Position numbers and translations under genes: made by a program. From positions 116,839-180,838 of the IMG/VR virus record IMGVR_UViG_3300024999_000034: a DNA stretch of 64,000 nucleotides; one strand, given 5' to 3'. The stretch is from a virus. Below the pieces are notes generated by a model. It saw only the letters and a list, made by a program, of their open reading frames with translations. It searched no databases and was not told the origin of the DNA. Below, in pieces: positions 21,776 through 34,060 of this stretch (the first letter of the stretch is position 1; the number at the start of each line of letters is the position of its first letter).

Positions 21776-23833
21776 ATGGAATTTAAACAATTAAAAACTT
21801 TAATGCAGGGAAACTTCAAAAATATTTCTAAGGATGCTACCCATTTATTCGAGGTAGAAGTTGATGCTGAGTATATGTGGTCAAAAATTTACCTCGATAG
21901 CTTTCCCAAAGGCACAAATGAAATGTTTAGAAATAGAAGAGAGTATGATTGTAGTTGTTGTAGGAATTTTATTAAAAACATTGGAAATGCTGTTGTTATT
22001 AAAGACAATAAAATTACAACCATTTGGGATTTTGAAACAAATGATTCTACATTTCAACCAGTAATTAATGCTTTATCTAAATATATTAAATCTCAAGTTG
22101 TTTCAGATATCTATGTTACTAAATTCAAAAAGATTGGAACAGATAAAAACTTTGAAAAAGGTGTAAATGGAAACATTACTGAATGGCAACACTTTTTTCT
22201 TGATCTACCGTCAAAATTCGTAGATACAAGTGGAAAATCAGAAGGTGATATTAAGGGTGGTTATAGGGATACACGAAACGTATTCAAGAGATCATTGGAT
22301 GAAATTACAGAAGAAAGTTTGCTTACTGTATTGGAACTTATATCTCAGAACTCATTGCATAAAGGAAAAGAATGGGAATCTGCTCTTAACGAGTTTCTTA
22401 AATACAAAAAAGAATATGACAAACTTGATACATTAGCAGAAAAAGAAAACTATACTTGGGAACAGTCAGTTAAAGTTGGAGGAGTTATCGGTAGAATTAA
22501 GAACCATTCAATTGGAACATTACTTATTAATGTAAGTGAAGGAATGGATTTAGATTTAGCGGTTAAGAAATATGAAAAGATTGTTGCTGGCGAAAACTAT
22601 AAGAGACCAAAACCAATTTATACGAAAAAAATGGCAGAAGAAGCTACAAAATTTCTTGAAGAAAACGGATATACTGATTCATTAGGTAGAGAATATGCAA
22701 CATTGAATCATATAACTGTAAACAATATATTATTCTTTAACAAAGATTCAGCAAAAAGAATTAATGGGAATACCGCACTGGATATTTTAAACGAAATGGC
22801 AAAAAGTGTTCCAGTTAATCCTAAAAAGTTTTCTAAAGTCGAAGAAGTTTCTATTGAAAATTTCATCAATAATATACTTCCAACTGCAAAAGAATTGGAG
22901 GTACTTTTAGAAAATAAACACTCTAGTAATATGGTATCGTTAATTGCTCCAGAAAATAAAGATAGCAAAACAATGTTTAAATGGAGTAATAATTTTTCAT
23001 GGGCTTACTCAGGAAATATGACAGACAGTTCTATGAAAGAAAATGTAAAATCTGCCGGAGGAAATGTAGAAGGTGTTTTAAGATTCTCTATTCAATGGAA
23101 CGACAATGAATACGATGGGAATGATTTAGATGCTCATTGTTATGAACCTAATGGAAATTTGATTTATTATAGTGCTAAAACCAATAGACATACTACAGGT
23201 CAATTAGATGTCGATATCATTACACCATCAATAAATAAGCCTGCTGTTGAAAATATTACATGGACTAATAAAAGTAAAATGCTTGAGGGAACTTATCAAT
23301 TTTTAGTCAATAACTTTTCACATAATGGAGGAAGAGGTGGTTTTAGAGCAGAAATAGAATTCGATGGACAGATATATTCATTTGATTACAGTAAAGAATT
23401 AAGAAATAAGGAAAAAATTCAAGTCGCAGAAGTAAATTTCAGTAGAGATAAAGGATTTACTATTAAGGAAAAATTATCATCGAATGTATCATCAAAAGAA
23501 GTGTGGGGGTTAAAAACAAATCAATTTATACCTGTATCGGTTATGTGTCTATCTCCAAATTACTGGGACAGTCAACATAATCAAGGTCATAAACATTATA
23601 TGTTCATGCTTAAAGATTGTATTAATCCAGAAAAACCAAACGGATTCTACAATGAATTTTTGAAAGAGGAATTAATGCCACAAAAAAGATTTTTTGAAGC
23701 TTTAGGAGCGAGAATGGCAGTAAAAGATTCCGTTAATCAGTTGAGTGGTCTTGGATTTAGTTCAACCAAAAGAAATGAGTTAACGGTTAAGGTTAAGGGA
23801 AATATGGAGAGAGTAATTAAAATCAAATTCTAA
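21776..23833 (+). CDS. Large conserved phage protein with an N-terminal CSCC motif and a YfaP/TerD-like DLDxH domain
   Basis: YDCSCCRNF; RFSIQWND...DLDAHC...GQLDVD...VENITW...GTYQFLVNNF. Confidence 0.6.
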   Translation: MEFKQLKTLMQGNFKNISKDATHLFEVEVDAEYMWSKIYLDSFPKGTNEMFRNRREYDCSCCRNFIKNIGNAVVIKDNKITTIWDFETNDSTFQPVINALSKYIKSQVVSDIYVTKFKKIGTDKNFEKGVNGNITEWQHFFLDLPSKFVDTSGKSEGDIKGGYRDTRNVFKRSLDEITEESLLTVLELISQNSLHKGKEWESALNEFLKYKKEYDKLDTLAEKENYTWEQSVKVGGVIGRIKNHSIGTLLINVSEGMDLDLAVKKYEKIVAGENYKRPKPIYTKKMAEEATKFLEENGYTDSLGREYATLNHITVNNILFFNKDSAKRINGNTALDILNEMAKSVPVNPKKFSKVEEVSIENFINNILPTAKELEVLLENKHSSNMVSLIAPENKDSKTMFKWSNNFSWAYSGNMTDSSMKENVKSAGGNVEGVLRFSIQWNDNEYDGNDLDAHCYEPNGNLIYYSAKTNRHTTGQLDVDIITPSINKPAVENITWTNKSKMLEGTYQFLVNNFSHNGGRGGFRAEIEFDGQIYSFDYSKELRNKEKIQVAEVNFSRDKGFTIKEKLSSNVSSKEVWGLKTNQFIPVSVMCLSPNYWDSQHNQGHKHYMFMLKDCINPEKPNGFYNEFLKEELMPQKRFFEALGARMAVKDSVNQLSGLGFSSTKRNELTVKVKGNMERVIKIKF

Positions 23834-23869
23834 AAATAAATTAAAATTAAGAAGGAGCGTGTATTTATT

Positions 23870-24268
23870 ATGACAAATGAAAATACTGTAAACATTTTTG
23901 AGGTTGCTACTAGAAACATGTATCGCTTTCCATTCAAGGGCACGTCTAATGTTGAAGACCTTTGGCAAATTAGTGTTAAAGAATTGGATTCTGTCTTTAA
24001 GGTTCTAAATTCTGAATTAAAACAAGTAAAGGAAGAAAGCCTATTAGAAATTAAAACTCAACAAGATCAAGAATTAGATATCAAAATTGCTATTATCAAA
24101 CATATTGTAAAAGTCAAACAAGAAGAAGCAGAAAAACAATTACAAGCAAAAAGTATTAAAGAACAAAAGCAAAAACTTATGGAAATTTACGCATCTAAAA
24201 AGGATGAAGAGACATTGAAAAAGTCACCAGAAGAAATTAAAGCAATGATTGATGCGTTGGATATTTAG
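23870..24268 (+). CDS. Coiled-coil hypothetical protein coupled to the 685-aa gene
   Basis: AAGGAG RBS, heptad-rich C-terminal half. Confidence 0.6.
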   Translation: MTNENTVNIFEVATRNMYRFPFKGTSNVEDLWQISVKELDSVFKVLNSELKQVKEESLLEIKTQQDQELDIKIAIIKHIVKVKQEEAEKQLQAKSIKEQKQKLMEIYASKKDEETLKKSPEEIKAMIDALDI

Positions 24269-24352
24269 GTTCTGATTAGTTGGGTTTGTTTATAGGTAGG
24301 GAGTTAATTCTTCCTGCCTATGAAATACATAAAAATAAAAGGTTGTGTAATT

Positions 24353-24859
24353 ATGATTAATGAATTTAAAGGTAATTACTATTTCTTATCTAACTTCTAT
24401 ACTGCTCCAGTAATGTATGAAGGACTTATGTATCAAAATAATGAAGCAGCTTTTCAGTCTGCAAAAGTTAAAGATGTTGAAAAGCGAAAACAATTCTGCA
24501 ATATTGATCCTTCTACATCTAAAAGAAAAGGTAGAAATGTTACTCTAAGACATGATTGGGAGAAGATTAAGGATAAAGTTATGGAAGATTGTATTAGAGA
24601 TAAATTTACAAGGAATGAGGAATTAAAACAGAGATTAATTAATACTGGCAAGAAAGAATTGGTTGAAGGAAATACGTGGAATGATATCTATTGGGGAATA
24701 TGTCGTGGCAGAGGTAAGAATATGTTAGGTAAGATTCTTATGAAAGTTAGAGCAGAATTACAAGAGCAAGAAGCATCTGATTGTTATGGAACTTGGAGTA
24801 ATTTATGTGACAAAGAATATTGTTCTGGATGGGATAGATGCAAAGAAATAAGCAAGTAA
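24353..24859 (+). CDS. NADAR (YbiA/DUF1768) family protein
   Basis: FLSNFY, EAAFQSAK, KFTRNEELKQRLINTG, LVEGNTWNDIYWG, GKNMLGKILMKVR. Confidence 0.92.
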   Translation: MINEFKGNYYFLSNFYTAPVMYEGLMYQNNEAAFQSAKVKDVEKRKQFCNIDPSTSKRKGRNVTLRHDWEKIKDKVMEDCIRDKFTRNEELKQRLINTGKKELVEGNTWNDIYWGICRGRGKNMLGKILMKVRAELQEQEASDCYGTWSNLCDKEYCSGWDRCKEISK

Positions 24860-24896
24860 TATATTATTATGAAGATTAGAGAGGAGTTAAGTAACA

Positions 24897-27268
24897 ATGG
24901 AAGTAATTAAAGAAAAACAAACTGTAGAAATTGAAAAAATTATTATGACAAGGGAAGAATATAATAGTAAAATTAAAGAAGCAAGACTTAGAGGTAGAAT
25001 TGAATTAGCCAATGAGTTAAGAAGTTTAATTGTTAACTTTGATTATGTGCTAAATATTAGTGGTATTAATATATTATTTAAGCGTTTGGCAGACAAAATT
25101 ATGAGCAGTTTGTATTAAAATAAAACAAATATTTCGAACTATAAAAGGAGATAAGATTTATGAAATCGTTAGAAGAAATTCTAAATGAAACAGAGAACTT
25201 ACAATCTCAAATAAATGTATTATTAAAAGAAGTAAATCAATTACAAAAAGTTACCTTAAAAAATATTTTTTGTAATCAGGAAAAGAATATAAATAAAATA
25301 TTATTCAAAGTACATGAATTACAAGGAAAAGTAGATGCATTAATGTGGGTAACGCTTTAAGTTATTAATTGAAAGGAGTAAATAAATGAAAACAATACTA
25401 TTTTCTATTGGAACTTTATCATTATTTATATTTTCTTATTTAGCAGGAATGGTAATGATGGCAGATAAGAAAGTTAATCTTTCAGATTTGTCAAAAACTT
25501 ATGTAGTGTTTAAAGGGAATGGTAGGTTGTTTGTAATACTTTATGGTATATCTTTGATGTCTACTGTTTTAGTTTGTTATTCATTTATGAAACTTTAAGG
25601 AGGATAAATACAATGGAAATAAATACAAATGAGATGTCTGAAAAAGAATTTTCTAATTTAATAAAACAATTGTTATCTAAAAGATATCCAGAAGCAAATA
25701 GAATTAATATTGATATATGGAGTTATAGTAAATCCCTTGATAGTATTAAAATTGTGCCAACGTATGAATTTAAGTAGTTCCCTTAAGTTATTGTACTTAT
25801 AGGACAGAGAGAAGGAGAAAAAATAATGTTTAAGAAATTTAACTACAATCTAAATCATAGTTTAGTAGGAACAATATGGGGAATATCACTATCCATAATG
25901 TTGGCTTGTTTATTTGAGTTATCTATAAATTTAGAAAGTATTATACCTAAAAGTGAATTGGTTGTAGTTTTATTAAGTGTCGCAATAATATCTAATTTTA
26001 GCATAGCGACTTATATATTATTCAAAAGTGATATTGTACCAGTCAATGTTACTTATGTGTGCCCTACTGCTAGGAAATATTTGAGTGAGCAAGAGATAAA
26101 GGAATATGAGAAAGTGGTAGAAGATGAAATTATAAATGATATAGAATTTGGCGAAGAATTGGTAAAAGCGTATAAAGAAATTTAATACAAGAAAAGAGGT
26201 ATGTAAATAATGTTTAAAATGAAATCAATTCAATATAAGTTTCAACCAAAGTTTACTCCAACAAAGGAAATATATAATAAATGTATTATAGCAGAGCCTT
26301 TTAAGTGGGATAATGGTCATGGTATTTCATTTATTATTGAAGTTGAAATTCCATTGGAAGGAAAAGTTATTGGTTCAAGATTTAAAACAATGGAAAGATA
26401 TGATTATTTTGATAGAGATGTTAGAGGCAGTAATTATGAATTATCTTTATTATTTCAACCTTTATTTAATGGTGAGATAAGAGGTAAGTATGCTGAGAAT
26501 GTGGTTTGGATGATATTTGATAAATTGTGTAAGAATGAGAAGTGGTTAGAGGAACACTTTAGCGAGTATGTGGAGTTTTTAGAAGAATATGAATTATGGA
26601 AATGAAAAGGAGTTGATATAAATGCCAAGACCATATTTAGTAGGTTGGAAATATGCTTTTGAAGCTTATTTCAGGACATTTAAGAGAACAAAAGCAAGTA
26701 GAAGTATGTGGATTAAGTTAGTTAAAAAAGGTTATTATTGGTTAACTACAGAAGAAAGAGTAGAAGCGAATAAGAAATGTTTTGGAGCGATTTCTGAACT
26801 AGGTAAAAATATGTTTCCTAATGGCATATCCAAAGATGACTATCGATACTCTTATAATTGTGATGAAGATGATAATGATATAACCGAAGAAGAAAGAGAA
26901 ATATTACTTCAATATCGCAAAGATAAAAAAGAAGGTAAAGTAGAGACAGTACCATTAAGAGATATTTAAGAAAAATATGAGAAAGGAAATAAATAATGTT
27001 CAAAAAGAAATTAAACCTTGACAAATACCTATTTCTAGTAACTATATGTATTTTAATTAATCTCTTAGAATCATGGTATTTTGGTTTGAATTGGCAAGCA
27101 GTTACAATTGCAGAGAAAATATGTGATTGGATTACAACAATTCCTTTTATAATAATTTCATTTTGGTTTTTCTTTAGTAATGATTACATAGAATTTATTA
27201 AGGGATATTTTATTGTGGTAATTATGTTGTTAGTGTATGGTTTGGCGTATGGGGTAATATTTATGTAG
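24897..27268 (+). other. Array of small hypothetical ORFs (24897..25118, 25160..25360, 25386..25598, 25613..25777, 25826..26185, 26210..26605, 26622..26969, 26996..27268), several membrane-anchored
   Basis: Co-oriented ORFs with RBSs and hydrophobic segments. Confidence 0.6.
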
Positions 27269-27315
27269 TCCAATGAGTTGTGGGTTTTATCCTAAGTTAA
27301 AAAGGAGGAAGAAAA

Positions 27316-28641
27316 ATGTATGCATGGAATCCAGTTTATAATTTTGTCTTAGAAATTAAAAAATTATATCAAGATAAATTTGGAGACATTGATTATAGTA
27401 TTCACTCCATTAAAGACAAAAATAATATGACAAAAGAATTCACTTGTTTAGAGAAATGGGTTGGTGATTTACATGTTCAAAAGTATATAGATTTAATTGA
27501 ACCACTTCAAATAAATCAATTAGGAACTATGTTACTTATTCGTTATGGTAGATATAGTGATGTATTTGGTGGAGAAAATGAAATAACTAATGATAATTTC
27601 TGGGATATTCATAATGGATTTTATAAAGAATGTCGAAGTGTAGTTATTGATGTAAAAACAGAAGAAATAGTTTTAAGTCCTTTCAAGAAATTTAGAAATT
27701 TAAATGAATGTGAAGAAAATAATATCGAAATAATCACAGAAGAGATTAAGAATGCTAAGTCACTTGAAATAACTAATAAACTAGATGGATCAATGCAAAG
27801 TGCTAGATTTTATCATGATAATATTATTATGTCTGGAAGTCAGGCAATTGATATAAATAACTCTTGGAGACTTAGAGATGGTCAAGGAATGCTGATGTCT
27901 CAGGCAAACTATGTTAATATGCTTAAAGAGAATCAAGGTTATACGTTTATATTTGAGTATATTACGCTAAAAGATGCACATGTAGTGAATTATAAACAAG
28001 AGGACGAGGGTTTATATTTACTTGGAATGAGAAATGTTTATACTGGCGAACAGTTATCATATGCACAAGTAAAGACTTATGCGGATATGTACAATGTAAA
28101 GATGACACATATATTTGATAAAACATTTGATGAAGTATTGAATGATGTTGATAAGTATAAATCTCATGAGATGGAGGGATATGTTATCAATATTGATGGT
28201 CATTTAGTGAAAATTAAATGCGATGATTATGTTCAGATCCATAAGATTTTATCTAATATTTCTTCAATTAATTTAATTATTAAGCACATTGCAGACAATA
28301 CATTTGATGATTTGATTAGCAAAGTCCCTGAAAGTTATCATTGGAGAGTTATGAAAGTTGCTAATTTAGTATTTAATTATATTAAAAATGCAGAAGTCGA
28401 AGTTAATAATTGGTTTAAGATTGCTCCTAAAGAAAATAAGAAAGATTTTATGATTTATATTGAACAAAATGTTCCAAGAGAACTTCGTGGATATGTAAGA
28501 TGTAAATATCTGGGTAAAGAATTTAGTTATATTAAGAATGGCAATGAGCAGAGTCCTTCTTATAAGAAGTTGAAAGAAATGGGTATTGATGAGAATTATT
28601 CTGCTATTTTCAATAGCGAGGAGTTCGGATATGCTTCATGA
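27316..28641 (+). CDS. T4 Rnl1-like ATP-dependent RNA ligase
   Basis: SPFKKFRN, motif I TNKLDGS, FIFEY, EGYV, VKIKCDDY. Confidence 0.88.
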   Translation: MYAWNPVYNFVLEIKKLYQDKFGDIDYSIHSIKDKNNMTKEFTCLEKWVGDLHVQKYIDLIEPLQINQLGTMLLIRYGRYSDVFGGENEITNDNFWDIHNGFYKECRSVVIDVKTEEIVLSPFKKFRNLNECEENNIEIITEEIKNAKSLEITNKLDGSMQSARFYHDNIIMSGSQAIDINNSWRLRDGQGMLMSQANYVNMLKENQGYTFIFEYITLKDAHVVNYKQEDEGLYLLGMRNVYTGEQLSYAQVKTYADMYNVKMTHIFDKTFDEVLNDVDKYKSHEMEGYVINIDGHLVKIKCDDYVQIHKILSNISSINLIIKHIADNTFDDLISKVPESYHWRVMKVANLVFNYIKNAEVEVNNWFKIAPKENKKDFMIYIEQNVPRELRGYVRCKYLGKEFSYIKNGNEQSPSYKKLKEMGIDENYSAIFNSEEFGYAS

Positions 28642-29263
28642 ACTAATTAATAATCCTGAAGTATTAAATATCTATCAATATGGTAGTAGAGTATATGGTT
28701 GCTTTACAAATGAATCAGATTATGATTATGCAATTGTCGTTACGGACGATTATAAAGACTTTGTTGACAATATTGAGTTAGAAAATTATCATTTTAACTT
28801 CTATAAATTATCTCAATGGCAAGATATGGTTAGTAGAAACTCAATAGAGACATTAGAGTGTTTATTTGTAGATAAAAAGTTTATCATCAAAGAGTCCCTA
28901 AAATTTAATTTAACAATAAATCAAGTTGAATTACGTAAATCAATATCTAAAGTATGTTCTAACTCCTATGATAAATGTAGAAAGAAACTAATTATTGAGA
29001 AAGATTTTGCCCCTTACGTTGCTAAGAAAAGTCTTTGGCATTGCATCAGAATTCTTTTATTTGGCATTCAATGTGCTAAGTTTGGAAAGATAACTAATTA
29101 CACAGAAGCAAATAAATTCTATAAAGATATTGTATTAAATGAAAGTAATGAATGGGAATATTATAAATTAAACTGGCATGTATTTTGTAATAGTCTTAGG
29201 ACTAAGTTTAGGAAGTATTCAGAGAAAGAGTGGATTGAATGGAAGGAGAAAAAAAGTAAATGA
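28631..29263 (+). CDS. Pol-beta-superfamily nucleotidyltransferase
   Basis: YGSRVYG...SDYD (GS...DxD); GAGGAG RBS supports ATG 28631. Confidence 0.8.
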   Translation: MLHELINNPEVLNIYQYGSRVYGCFTNESDYDYAIVVTDDYKDFVDNIELENYHFNFYKLSQWQDMVSRNSIETLECLFVDKKFIIKESLKFNLTINQVELRKSISKVCSNSYDKCRKKLIIEKDFAPYVAKKSLWHCIRILLFGIQCAKFGKITNYTEANKFYKDIVLNESNEWEYYKLNWHVFCNSLRTKFRKYSEKEWIEWKEKKSK

Positions 29264-29970
29264 TTAAGTATATTCATGGTTCAGAAGATTCTATAGATAT
29301 AGATGTGTTTTATGTATTTGATGAATTGCCGGACTTTAAGTTTTGTCAAGAGTTTTGTAGTGATAAGGAAGAAAACAGAAATATTATCACTATACAAAAT
29401 GGTGTGGTAGATAAATGTTTTAAGGGAACTTCTGACGAAGTTAATAATGGCCTCTATTATACCTATCATTTACACAAACAAGAGCATCCTTTATTGGTAG
29501 AGAGATTGTTAGAAAGAGATGTGCTACACAAAGATATAAGAGCTTTTAGAGGCATCTTCTCATATTTATCAAGAACAAAATATAGGCAGGAAATAAAACG
29601 TGGTCTAAAGAGCGATTGGACAACAAGAATCAAAATACTTGAACAAGTTGATTGGAGTGAAGTTAAGGATTTTGGAAAAATATTCAGTAAAAAAGACATA
29701 TTGAAAGTTTATGCTTTTCAATTAGGTCAATCTCTAGGTTTACATGAAGGGATTGAGTTATATACAAAGAGTACAATATCTGAACGGTATCCAGAGTTAA
29801 GAAAATATTTATACAGAGAAGACGTAGGAATAAATGATATATTGGTTTATTTGGATAAGTTTATAAGCAAAATAAAATCTTATAAAGTTATTGAGAATGG
29901 TATGATAGTTAATTTTTGTGATTTCGGTAAGATTGTAGATTTAAAAACTGAAAAATATTTGGAGGATTAA
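29260..29970 (+). CDS. Second, divergent Pol-beta-like nucleotidyltransferase
   Basis: N-terminal HGSEDSIDIDV. Confidence 0.6.
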   Translation: MIKYIHGSEDSIDIDVFYVFDELPDFKFCQEFCSDKEENRNIITIQNGVVDKCFKGTSDEVNNGLYYTYHLHKQEHPLLVERLLERDVLHKDIRAFRGIFSYLSRTKYRQEIKRGLKSDWTTRIKILEQVDWSEVKDFGKIFSKKDILKVYAFQLGQSLGLHEGIELYTKSTISERYPELRKYLYREDVGINDILVYLDKFISKIKSYKVIENGMIVNFCDFGKIVDLKTEKYLED

Positions 29971-29971
29971 A

Positions 29972-30886
29972 ATGAGTAAACTAATCATGATGTGTGGCCT
30001 TGTGGCGAGTGGAAAATCTTTTGTGGCAAATCAGTTAGCATTAAAAGAAAATGCAGTGATTCATTCCTCTGATGAATTGAGAATTGAGTTATTCGGAGAT
30101 GTTAATGAAGTTGATAAAAATGGAGAGGTATTTCAAGAATTGCACAAAAGAATTAAAGATGATTTAAAGAAAGGTAAAAATGTTATATATGATGCAACTA
30201 ATTTAAATCACAAGAAGCGTAAGGGATTCTTGGAAGAGTTAAAGAAATTGGATGTACGAAAAGAATGTATCTTTGTAGCAACTCCATATGAAAAATGTCT
30301 TGAGCAAAATAGGAAAAGAGAAAGAAAAGTTCCAGAGTATGTAATAAAAAGAATGTATATGAGTGTAAATATTCCTCAGTATTATGAGGGATGGAATTCT
30401 ATTGAAATTGTATATAATGTAGATGGATATGATTTTGATACTAATTTATTATTCAATGGTGAGAATGGATTGAATAAAATAGATCAACACAACCCATATC
30501 ACACTTTAACCATTGGTAAACATTGTCTTAAATGTTTTCAGATATGTGAGCAATTACTAGATGACTTTGAATTGAATATGGCTGCAATGTATCATGATAT
30601 AGGTAAGAGATTCACTAAAACATTTAAGAATTCTAAGGGTGAAGATACTGAGATCGCACATTATTATCAACATCATTTAGTTTCAGCATATGATAGTTTG
30701 TTTATTTTCAATAAGCAAGGGTTTGAACCAGAAACGATTCTAAAGACTACTAATTACATACAGTGGCACATGATGCCATTCTTTCTTGATACAGATAAGT
30801 CCAAAAATAAATTTATTAATTTAGTTGGTCAAGAATTTTATGATAAATTACTAATTTTGCATGAAGCAGACAAATTGGCAAAATAA
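29972..30886 (+). CDS. Polynucleotide kinase (AAA_33 P-loop) fused to an HD-domain phosphohydrolase
   Basis: CGLVASGKS Walker A, SSDELR, IYDATN, R-x-R lid; C-terminal H...YHDIGK...HM...ADK. Confidence 0.88.
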   Translation: MSKLIMMCGLVASGKSFVANQLALKENAVIHSSDELRIELFGDVNEVDKNGEVFQELHKRIKDDLKKGKNVIYDATNLNHKKRKGFLEELKKLDVRKECIFVATPYEKCLEQNRKRERKVPEYVIKRMYMSVNIPQYYEGWNSIEIVYNVDGYDFDTNLLFNGENGLNKIDQHNPYHTLTIGKHCLKCFQICEQLLDDFELNMAAMYHDIGKRFTKTFKNSKGEDTEIAHYYQHHLVSAYDSLFIFNKQGFEPETILKTTNYIQWHMMPFFLDTDKSKNKFINLVGQEFYDKLLILHEADKLAK

Positions 30887-30932
30887 TCCAAACTTGTAAC
30901 CCTACTCCCACAACATTTTTAAAACCATAAAT

Positions 30933-30958
30933 TCCCATAAAAATCAAATTTCATTGTA
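30933..30958. repeat. Copy of dispersed 10-6-10 palindromic element
   Basis: TCCCATAAAA-ATCAAA-TTTCATTGTA. Confidence 0.6.
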
Positions 30959-31088
30959 TGAAGGTGAAGGTGGAAAATAAATGAATAGAATATTTGATAA
31001 TTGGTTGACTTGGGCGGTAATTGGCTTTTCTATATATTGTATTCTTGAATTATTAATAGATAAAGGTGTTTTAAGATAAATATAAGAG

Positions 31089-33963
31089 GTGGTATTAATA
31101 ATTATGAAAAGAGTAAATGTTACATATTTTAAACCAAGTGGGAAGTATTATACTCATGAAGAAATTGAGATTTCAAATGAACTTAGTGGTTATCATGCAC
31201 TTTTTGAAGAAATACCTAAACACCATAGAATTAAAAATATGTTTATGTTGGTTCAAGATGGTGATGATAACTTAGAGCCATATATTGTTCCGCATTTATT
31301 TAGACCCTTAGAGACTTGGGAATAAAGTGTCTAATATGAAAGAGTTATTTTCTGGGAAATTAGAAAGGAGGTAAATTTAATGAAAGAATATTGGAATCGT
31401 CTTAAAATTAATGATATTAAATCTGTTTCATCAGGTGTTGGAGGTAGTTATTCATATATAGGTGGTGAAAACGAAGAGTATTTCGATGTAATAATGAAAG
31501 ATGAATCTAAGCATACTTTCCATTACATAACCAAAGATAAAACAAGATATGGCAGAATAGCAAGAAAAGAATTAAAACAAATTTTAAATGAACGAGACAA
31601 CGTTTCAGAAATGTATTATTTATATACTAGTGTATTTGCCAGAATTAATGGAGAGTCAATTAAAGTTGGATATGAAGTAGAAAATATCTTAGATGAATAT
31701 GAAAATTTCAGCTTATTAGAAATTGATAAATTAAGAAAAGAATTTAAAATTGGTGATAAGGGTTTTAGAAGTCTAGTGTATATACATGTATTTGAAATAA
31801 AAGATAATAAAATTATGCGTCCAATTGAACAAAGATGGTTGGATCAATTAAGTAGTATGGGGTATGATATTTCAAAAATAGAATATACACTTTATGAAAA
31901 AGATATTAATTATAATTGATTTCTGGTAAAGAAAGGATAATAAATATGAAAGATAACCCTAATTGTAAAATATGCAAATTAAAATGTTGTGGATGTCAAA
32001 GTTATGAAACTTGCTTAATGCGCAAAGGCGAAAATGGTCATAAAATAGAAGATTGTACATTCATGGCAAGTAAATATTATTTATTTGGTGATTATTTGAG
32101 TTATGAAAAAGGTTTGAATATGAGGTTGTGTAATTACGATGAAGTGTGTAAGAGTTTGGTGGACGCTTGGATGTAAATTAACTTATAGAAAAGGAGTAAT
32201 TAAAAACATGATAAACTGTTTGTGTTTTACTTGTAAAGGATGTAATAATGAAGATTATCCTTGTGAAGATGATATAGAAGATCCATGTGGTAATTGTAGC
32301 AATGGTAGAACCATTTCATGTACTGGATATTCTGTAAAATAATAATAACTTCAAAGAACACTTCGATTGGATAAGGAGGAAATATTTAAATGAAGTATAA
32401 AGAGTGTATTCAATGCAAATGTAATACATGTGAAGATGAATATTGTAAGAATGAATCATGTAATGAAGGTTGCAGAGATAATAAATTTAATCCAGTTTTA
32501 GGTGATTGTCATGGATATTGTACGTTAGATTCACTTATAAAGGAAGATATTCAATGAAGAAAACATATTGTGATGCATGTGAAAAAGAAGTAAAGCATAA
32601 TTATCCTTTTACTTGTTTAGTACATATCTTAGATGATGGCAAATATAGTGGTGGAGGATATGTAACCACTGATGAGGTTAATGGTAAGTGGTTGAATGTA
32701 TCAGGTAGAGAAGAATCAAAGGATTTATGTTTGGAATGCTATAATAAAATTTATAGTGTTGCTTGGAAAGAGTTTTTAAATATTAAGAATCTGAATAGTA
32801 AATAAAAATGGGAGTAAAATTTAAAAGAAAAGAGGAAATAGAATGAAAAATGTTACTATTAATAATTGTATTGATTGTTCTTCACATCAGGTATTACCAG
32901 ATCCAGACCCTCATGATTGGTTTTGTGACGATGATGTTAAAGTTATATGTTCTATAGGTAATAGAGAAATTACATGTGCGTGTAGACCATATAATATTAG
33001 AAAAGAATGTGATATTCCAAAATGGTGTTTTAAATTCAAATAATGAGGTATTTTTTGGGAATTAGTAAAATTAAAATCGTTGCTACAGTAGGCTTTCATG
33101 GTTTGGTACTTAGTATTAAACATGTCTTTTAACGTATTTGATATTAAGGAGAGAGATAATCATGTTAATTAGTCTAAAAGAATTACTAGACGAGATTGAA
33201 AAACAAGAAGATGATTTGTCACAAGATATAGAACTAATTAGTTTTGAAAATTATCTTCACAAATGTTCATATTGCTATAAATGGGAGAATGGAGATTGTT
33301 TAGAGAAATCTTTGCCTAATAATTGTAGTTGGGATGGCATTATGTCCATTGCTAAAGAAGATAAAAAGAGAGATAGAGAACAAATAATTAAATATATGGA
33401 GGAAAATAAATGAGTTGTTACGCTTTTACATGTCAATGTTTCTATTGCTCAAGAGTACAATATGGTTGCAAAAGGGACACGCCTAATAAATGTGCTGAAC
33501 ATAATTGTGGCTTAGACATCATTTGCTCACAACCATTGCCAGATAATTATTATATTAATCAATGTAAAAGATTTGGAAAAGCTGAATATGATGTAGGAGC
33601 TTGTATTGATTGTAGTGTAGAAAACAAGAATTTGTTTTATGTTTGTAGAGATATTATGAGAAATTTGAAAGAAAAGAAAGTTAGAAAGGACAATTAATCA
33701 TGAAACAAGTGTATCAATGTGATTTTTGCACAATATTACTTCCAAAAGAAGAAATGGAAATTCATGAAAAAATATGCGATTACAATGTTGTAAATAAAAC
33801 TTGTTTAACTTGTAAAAATGCCAGAATGAGGGATGGAAGATTACAATATTGTAGAATTGGTGTTCAAATGAATGTTCAACATGGAGTTATCATTAGAATT
33901 TATCCTATTATTGGTTGTGATAAGTGGGAATTTGGAGAACCTAATGATATGAGGAGTGTGTGA
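31089..33963 (+). other. Array of small ORFs, many Cys-rich (31089..31325, 31380..31919, 31916..32176, 32208..32342, 32390..32557, 32554..32805, 32843..33043, 33161..33413, 33410..33697, 33700..33963)
   Basis: Co-oriented ORFs; repeated CxC-x2-C and CxxC motifs. Confidence 0.6.
31332..31357. repeat. Copy of dispersed 10-6-10 palindromic element
   Basis: TAATATGAAA-GAGTTA-TTTTCTGGGA. Confidence 0.6.
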
Positions 33964-34060
33964 TTTATCAATTATATGTTGCTGTGATGGCTTTTAAGGG
34001 TTTAGAGGAATAAATGACATAATGACATAATAATGTAATATTAATGTCACAGCAATGAAA

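Noticed and set aside
21861-22436. Alternate-frame + strand ORFs 21861..22064 and 22230..22436 (likewise 39691..39978 and 37630..37815)
   Set aside because: Nested within longer, motif-bearing genes; no independent RBS
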